Assembly: GCA_015063495.1 (NCBI GenBank)
Contig: SVUB01000003.1
Span: forward strand, 1 to 47,266
Length of the DNA: 47,266 nucleotides
Direction of reading: 5' to 3'
DNA from: Oscillospiraceae bacterium
Lineage (GTDB): Bacteria; Bacillota; Clostridia; Oscillospirales; CAG-272
The position numbers and the translations under genes were made by a program. The first letter of the stretch is position 1. Each line of letters begins with the position of its first letter. The notes beneath the pieces were generated by a model. It was not told the DNA's origin. It ran no database searches and was given only the letters and a program-made list of their open reading frames with translations. This document shows, one piece after another, positions 42,459 to 47,266 of the stretch.

Positions 42459-43988
42459 TTAATATTTACCTGTGCTTGTTATCGGCTCGCCTGACTGAAC
42501 TCTCTTTGCGTCTGCAATTATCTTTTCAGCCATCGACTGGAGTGTATAAAACTCTCCCTCGCCGTTAAGCTCGATATACGAACGGCGCTCGGAATATCTG
42601 AAGAATCTGTATTTTAGCTCTCTGCCACTCTCGGTGTGGATCGTGAGAACAAGCTGTGCCCGACTATCGTCCATACTGCGGTAGGTCTCCATCTCTTCTC
42701 TCATAAGTCCGCATTCGCCTTCGTAGCAAGCATAAAGCAGAGTTTTATAGAATTGACGGAAATTCGTGACATCGGGTTTGTTTCCCGTGCCTCTCTCGGT
42801 AACGACAAGCTCCTGTCCCTCTCCCTCAAGGTCAAAGGTGACGCTGAAGTCGCCCGATTCTACGCTTATATCGGTAACGAATCCTATCTTCATCTGGAAG
42901 AAGGGCGCCTCTACCCAATCGAAAAGTGACCAGGTCACAAAATCAAAGGTCTCCGAGCTACCCTTTACAATCTGCTGAAAAAGTGAAGATGCTATATAGT
43001 ACGTTCCGTCGGGGTTTCTGGGGCTTATAAGCAGAAAATTCTCATTTTCACCATGCTTATAATAGAGTGAATAGCAGTTATTCGTAAGATTGTACTTTGC
43101 AAGCGACTCGTTATTTACTCCAAGGTGCACCACCTCAAGCTTATCATCCTCCGTGCTTGCCTCAAAGAGCTTATACATCGCACTTGACACCGCAGTTGCG
43201 GACGGAGTAAGGTCCTTCGGATAGAGCATTCTGAATGTGGTGGTTATAAACTCGGTATTCTCTCTTTCCTCAGCCTCGATATAGTCGACGTGAACTATTG
43301 TGTCCTCACCCTTTGCGAGAACGTAATCGTGAACAAGAAAATAGTCGTTCTGAGTCATCGGGGTGATTATCATAGGCTTTATGAGGGTCTCAACGGGCGA
43401 GAGGACGGTCTCCTCTATCGTCTTATCCACAACGTATACAACGTCGGGTCTTCCCTCATAGAGGAAATAGTATCCGCTTCCCGTAACTATCTTATCACCT
43501 ACTACTATACTGTATCTTCTGCCGTCCTTTGTAACCATTTCGGCGGTAGCAGGTCTCTTTACCGTGCCGTCCGCAAGGGTTACGGGCACAAGACCGTATT
43601 CGGAGAGCTCATTCGGGTCATCGAGCTTATACATAGCAGACGCATAGCCTATGCTCGTCATAAGAGCAGACATCGACTCCTCGTCAAAGGCTATTCCCTC
43701 GAAGCCCTCTATCTGATCAATACCCTTAGAATCCTTATATACGTGGTATCTGCCGTGGGCGTTATTTACGGTTACGGACTGTATATTTTTACTTTCGATA
43801 TATTCATAGACAAGTATCTTGTCTATACCCATAGCAACGTGCTCGCCCTCGTCTGTCTCAACAGGCTCTGTCACAGCGGTCGTTTCCTCGGCCTCGGTAA
43901 TAGGCTTTACAACGGCAAAATAACCGACAGTCAGAATGACGATAAGCACAGCTAATACTGCTATGATAACAGTTTGCTTTTTTAACAT
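42459..43988 (-). CDS. DUF4340 domain membrane-anchored protein
   Basis: N-terminal TM helix; LSEYGL...GDKIVTGSGYY...VYVV; follows the GldG-like gene. Confidence 0.75.
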   Translation of the reverse strand: MLKKQTVIIAVLAVLIVILTVGYFAVVKPITEAEETTAVTEPVETDEGEHVAMGIDKILVYEYIESKNIQSVTVNNAHGRYHVYKDSKGIDQIEGFEGIAFDEESMSALMTSIGYASAMYKLDDPNELSEYGLVPVTLADGTVKRPATAEMVTKDGRRYSIVVGDKIVTGSGYYFLYEGRPDVVYVVDKTIEETVLSPVETLIKPMIITPMTQNDYFLVHDYVLAKGEDTIVHVDYIEAEERENTEFITTTFRMLYPKDLTPSATAVSSAMYKLFEASTEDDKLEVVHLGVNNESLAKYNLTNNCYSLYYKHGENENFLLISPRNPDGTYYIASSLFQQIVKGSSETFDFVTWSLFDWVEAPFFQMKIGFVTDISVESGDFSVTFDLEGEGQELVVTERGTGNKPDVTNFRQFYKTLLYACYEGECGLMREEMETYRSMDDSRAQLVLTIHTESGRELKYRFFRYSERRSYIELNGEGEFYTLQSMAEKIIADAKRVQSGEPITSTGKY

Positions 43989-44023
43989 TTAGATATGCTT
44001 CCTTTTCGATTATAATCTTTTAC

Positions 44024-45565
44024 TTATCTTTCAGATTTTCTCTTAAGCATAACTACCATTCCCGTAATGAACACGATAGCCGCGGGGATAATGGTGAGCA
44101 TAAGAGTATAGGAGGTAGCATCGGCTGTGGTGAGGCTTTCTATATCAACGTTTGCAAAGGGCTTCTTTGCAAGATTAATATAGACTATCTCCTTCTGCAT
44201 GATCCTCATCATAGAGTAGAGAGAATCACGGTTTCCGTACACGTTTGACTGAAGCATAGCCTCGGAAGCAAAATCAATAGAGCCGCACGCCATAACGTAG
44301 GAATACTCAACGGTTGTGCTGTTCTCAAGCTGTCTGCCCTCGGTAGTGATTGTAAGAAGCGGATAGCGATCGACCTCGCCCGCCTCGCCTACGACCTTAC
44401 CGTTCGCTTCGATAACGGCATCCTCGCTTGTAATGAAAATATCGTTTCTCTGGCGGTTGTAGCCGTTTGAATTGTAATATCCCGTGGAATCGTAATTATC
44501 CGTGGGCATGATAGGCATAGCGTCTCGGAAAATGACCTTCGGAGCAGTTCCTGCGTTTGTAAGGTCGTTATTTACCTTCTTGCCGAGCGTGTTCTCGTCG
44601 GTAACGTACTCGGAAACGACTGTATATCCGTCAAAGGTAAGCGACTGTGAGGAATCCTTAACAACGCAGTTATACGTATTATCTACCTCGTCCGTATGTC
44701 TTCCGAACTGAATTCCCCACTCGTAAAGGTATTCCTCAAGGTTGGGAAGCACGGGAGTCTTCGGAGAAACGAATATCATAAAGGAATTGACGCCGTCAAG
44801 GAATTTATCAAGCTTTTCTATCTCGCTGACCTCGGAAACACCGTCAAAGGTCGACATAAAGTCACTTGTGGGGTTATAGCTTATCATAAGACGGCAGTCC
44901 TCGGGTATCTCGTCCTTTGAAAGGTCTATCGGAACGCACTCGTAGCCTGCATCGGTAACAAGGCTGATAAGCTCAGCGTCACGGTACGCCTCACCGTGGT
45001 TTGAAACGAGAGCGCAGACGGGTGCCTCGGCTCTCGTCACGGCAACTATCGTCGCAACGAAGCGGGATTCTGCGTTATATGCCCAAGGGTCGGTCACGTT
45101 CTGATTTGCAAAGGTATAGAAGGACTTAAGGTCTATCTTTCTGAACTCTGTTCCGCTCTCGATTATTACGTCGGTCGTCTTTATCTCGGTCGTTGCGGTG
45201 ATGAGATATTTATTGACAGCAGAGCGGTTCTGAATGATGTTCACGGTATCGACCGTAATGTTATCAAAGCGTTCTTCTATCTGAAGTGCGGTATTATAGA
45301 CAAGTCGTGTGGTGCTGTTTGCCTCAAGATTATCGGGATCATCGCAGAAAAGGATCCTGACGGGGGCATCGATATCCTCGAGAAGCTCTGCGCACTCGTC
45401 AGAGAGGGTATAGAGCGTTTCGGGAGTCATATCGATGTACCAGAGGAACTTTGATGCGAGTGCCGAAAAAACAACGTTGATAACTATAACTGCGGCAATG
45501 AAAAGAGCGGTAAAGGCAACGGACACCGTGCCGTAGCGAAGCTTTTTATTAGTATGGAAATTCAT
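44024..45565 (-). CDS. GldG-family ABC transporter auxiliary component
   Basis: IDMTPETLYTLSDE, NHGE, IPEDC, N- and C-terminal TM helices. Confidence 0.85.
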   Translation of the reverse strand: MNFHTNKKLRYGTVSVAFTALFIAAVIVINVVFSALASKFLWYIDMTPETLYTLSDECAELLEDIDAPVRILFCDDPDNLEANSTTRLVYNTALQIEERFDNITVDTVNIIQNRSAVNKYLITATTEIKTTDVIIESGTEFRKIDLKSFYTFANQNVTDPWAYNAESRFVATIVAVTRAEAPVCALVSNHGEAYRDAELISLVTDAGYECVPIDLSKDEIPEDCRLMISYNPTSDFMSTFDGVSEVSEIEKLDKFLDGVNSFMIFVSPKTPVLPNLEEYLYEWGIQFGRHTDEVDNTYNCVVKDSSQSLTFDGYTVVSEYVTDENTLGKKVNNDLTNAGTAPKVIFRDAMPIMPTDNYDSTGYYNSNGYNRQRNDIFITSEDAVIEANGKVVGEAGEVDRYPLLTITTEGRQLENSTTVEYSYVMACGSIDFASEAMLQSNVYGNRDSLYSMMRIMQKEIVYINLAKKPFANVDIESLTTADATSYTLMLTIIPAAIVFITGMVVMLKRKSER

Positions 45566-45583
45566 TTTTGCACCTCCCTCTCA

Positions 45584-46330
45584 TCAGCCCCAACGGCGCT
45601 TTTCATAAACGCGAACGGTGAGGAAGATAAACACTGCTGTGAGTGAAAGATAATAAAGCAGTGCAGAAAAATCGAACATTCCGTAGCCAAAGGGAGAATA
45701 ACGGCTAAGAACGCTTACCCATGATATTATCGCACGGATAGCGTAGTTGCTGATAAAGTTATTTACAAAGCCGAGAACTATCATAACAAGCAGCGCTGCG
45801 ACAGAAAGAACGGCTGCTGCAAGCTGATTCTCGGTAAGAGTGGAGATAAGCATACCGACAGCGATAAATGCCGCGCCGATAAGAATAACGCCGATAAGCG
45901 AACCGATTATCTGCGCTCCCGATGGGCCTATATGTATCACCTTTGAAGCCGCCTCTGCTCTCTCTCTCATTGCAACCGCATAAAGCGGTATAAAATTGAT
46001 GCAGGAGAGAAGAACGGACGAAACGAAGAGTGTCAGCGCCGCAATATATTTGCCGAGCACCATTCCCGTTATCGAAACGGGAGCGGTAAGGAGCATCTGC
46101 TCAGTGCGGAGCTTCTTTTCCTCTGCGAAAAGCTTCATCGTAAGAAGCGGAACGAGCACTACGAATGCAAATATCATCATAGAGAAATAGCTAGTTGTGT
46201 TATATGACTTACTTATAAGCGTCGAATAGCAGAACAGAAGCGCAGAAAGCGCAAGGAATATACCTATGTAAACGTATCCGACGGGTGTTATGAAATAGGA
46301 TCTGAGTTCCTTTCGATATATGGCAAGCAT
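45584..46330 (-). CDS. ABC-2 permease (GldF-like)
   Basis: AIYRKELRSYFITPVGY, PLLTMKLFAEEKK, LLTAPV, ISTLTENQ. Confidence 0.9.
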   Translation of the reverse strand: MLAIYRKELRSYFITPVGYVYIGIFLALSALLFCYSTLISKSYNTTSYFSMMIFAFVVLVPLLTMKLFAEEKKLRTEQMLLTAPVSITGMVLGKYIAALTLFVSSVLLSCINFIPLYAVAMRERAEAASKVIHIGPSGAQIIGSLIGVILIGAAFIAVGMLISTLTENQLAAAVLSVAALLVMIVLGFVNNFISNYAIRAIISWVSVLSRYSPFGYGMFDFSALLYYLSLTAVFIFLTVRVYEKRRWG

Positions 46331-46362
46331 ATTTTCAGGTTTTCCTTTCTTTTTATCCCAAA

Positions 46363-47266
46363 TTATTTGCGGTCAACGATATCCGCATCGCTCTTGTGAT
46401 TCTCACGTGTGGTTTTCATGATATCACTTGCTATCTGCTTCTCGAGTCCCGCCTTACCGGGTCTGTAGCCCTTTTCCTTCTCAGGACGGAGCGAGCGCAC
46501 AGAGTTACTCTTATCAACGATATTGATAAAGATGTCCTCAAGGCTCATGCCAAGAGCTTCCATTCCGATAAGAGGCCAGTTCTTTTCTGCAAGGGTATAG
46601 AAAAGGCTCTTGCGTATATCAATGCCAACGGCACTCTCTATCATATACGTATAGGCATCGCCGTCTCTCTCTGCGAGAGCTTCTGCGTATACGATCCCGC
46701 TCTTTTCCTTAAGCATCGCAAGTACCTCACGCTGAGGACCGCATACCTTTATGCTGAAACGGCGGTTATTCTCCATCGCACGGCTGATGTTCTCGGTCTT
46801 TTCATCGGCAACTATCTTGCCCTTATTTATAATAACGATTCTGTCGCATACCGCCTGCACCTCTTGGAGAATATGAGTGCTGAGAATAACGGTATGGTCA
46901 CGGCCGAGATTTCTGATAAGGTTTCTTATCTCTATTATCTGCTTTGGGTCAAGACCGATGGTCGGCTCGTCGAAGATAATAACGGGAGGATTTCCTACAA
47001 GCGCCTGAGCGATGCCTACTCTCTGCTTATAGCCCTTTGAAAGATTCTTTATAAGTCTCTTTCTCATATCGCTTATCTTGGTGACCTCGCAGATCTCTGC
47101 AAGATGCTTTTCTCTGTCGTACTTGCAGTCCTTAAGCTCATAAGCAAAATTAAGATACTCCTCGACCGTCATATCCATATAAAGCGGAGGCTGCTCGGGA
47201 AGATATCCAATCTTTTTCTTTGCTTCAAGCGGATTTTCGAGAATATCCACGCCTGCTATGCGGATG
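46363..47266 (-). CDS. ABC transporter ATP-binding protein (GldA-like), 5' end outside the window
   Basis: GYLPEQPPLY, LSKGYKQRVGIAQA, IIFDEPT, STHIL; Walker A not in the window. Confidence 0.92.
   Translation of the reverse strand, partial: IRIAGVDILENPLEAKKKIGYLPEQPPLYMDMTVEEYLNFAYELKDCKYDREKHLAEICEVTKISDMRKRLIKNLSKGYKQRVGIAQALVGNPPVIIFDEPTIGLDPKQIIEIRNLIRNLGRDHTVILSTHILQEVQAVCDRIVIINKGKIVADEKTENISRAMENNRRFSIKVCGPQREVLAMLKEKSGIVYAEALAERDGDAYTYMIESAVGIDIRKSLFYTLAEKNWPLIGMEALGMSLEDIFINIVDKSNSVRSLRPEKEKGYRPGKAGLEKQIASDIMKTTRENHKSDADIVDRK

Noticed and set aside
42459-47266. Gliding motility system
   Set aside because: GldA/F/G-like ABC transporters with DUF4340 are common in Clostridia without gliding machinery; treated as ordinary host genes.

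Overview
Most of the window (<1 to about 37924) is one temperate prophage of a Clostridia-like (Bacillota) host. Almost all of it is on the - strand: lambda-like head genes (GpA-type terminase, gpW, portal, Clp protease, D, E), a P2/Mu-like contractile tail and baseplate, an Mtd-like lectin-fold protein and a second tail/receptor-binding gene cut by the left edge. Its early region encodes an HUH rolling-circle Rep, SSB, PcfJ/PcfK-like proteins and an SNF2-methyltransferase fusion. A divergent cro/cI switch is followed by + strand accessory genes and a large serine integrase whose 3' end crosses a tRNA-Glu-like att core (GGGTCACCA, 37916-37924). Beyond that att lie a 177-bp structured unit ending in a second tRNA-Glu 3' fragment, three small low-GC genes with their own promoter, and an orphan cassette (BppU-like tail/receptor protein, two small genes, holin, M23 endolysin) under a near-consensus sigma-A promoter with a structured leader. 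Part of the orphan tail gene (41417-41708) is about 97% identical to the prophage's own tail gene at 1-292, while the N-termini are unrelated. Host ABC transporter genes (GldA/F/G-like plus DUF4340) fill 42459 to the end. I found no CRISPR array, reverse transcriptase or intact tRNA. All family calls come from motif recognition and gene order, not database searches.
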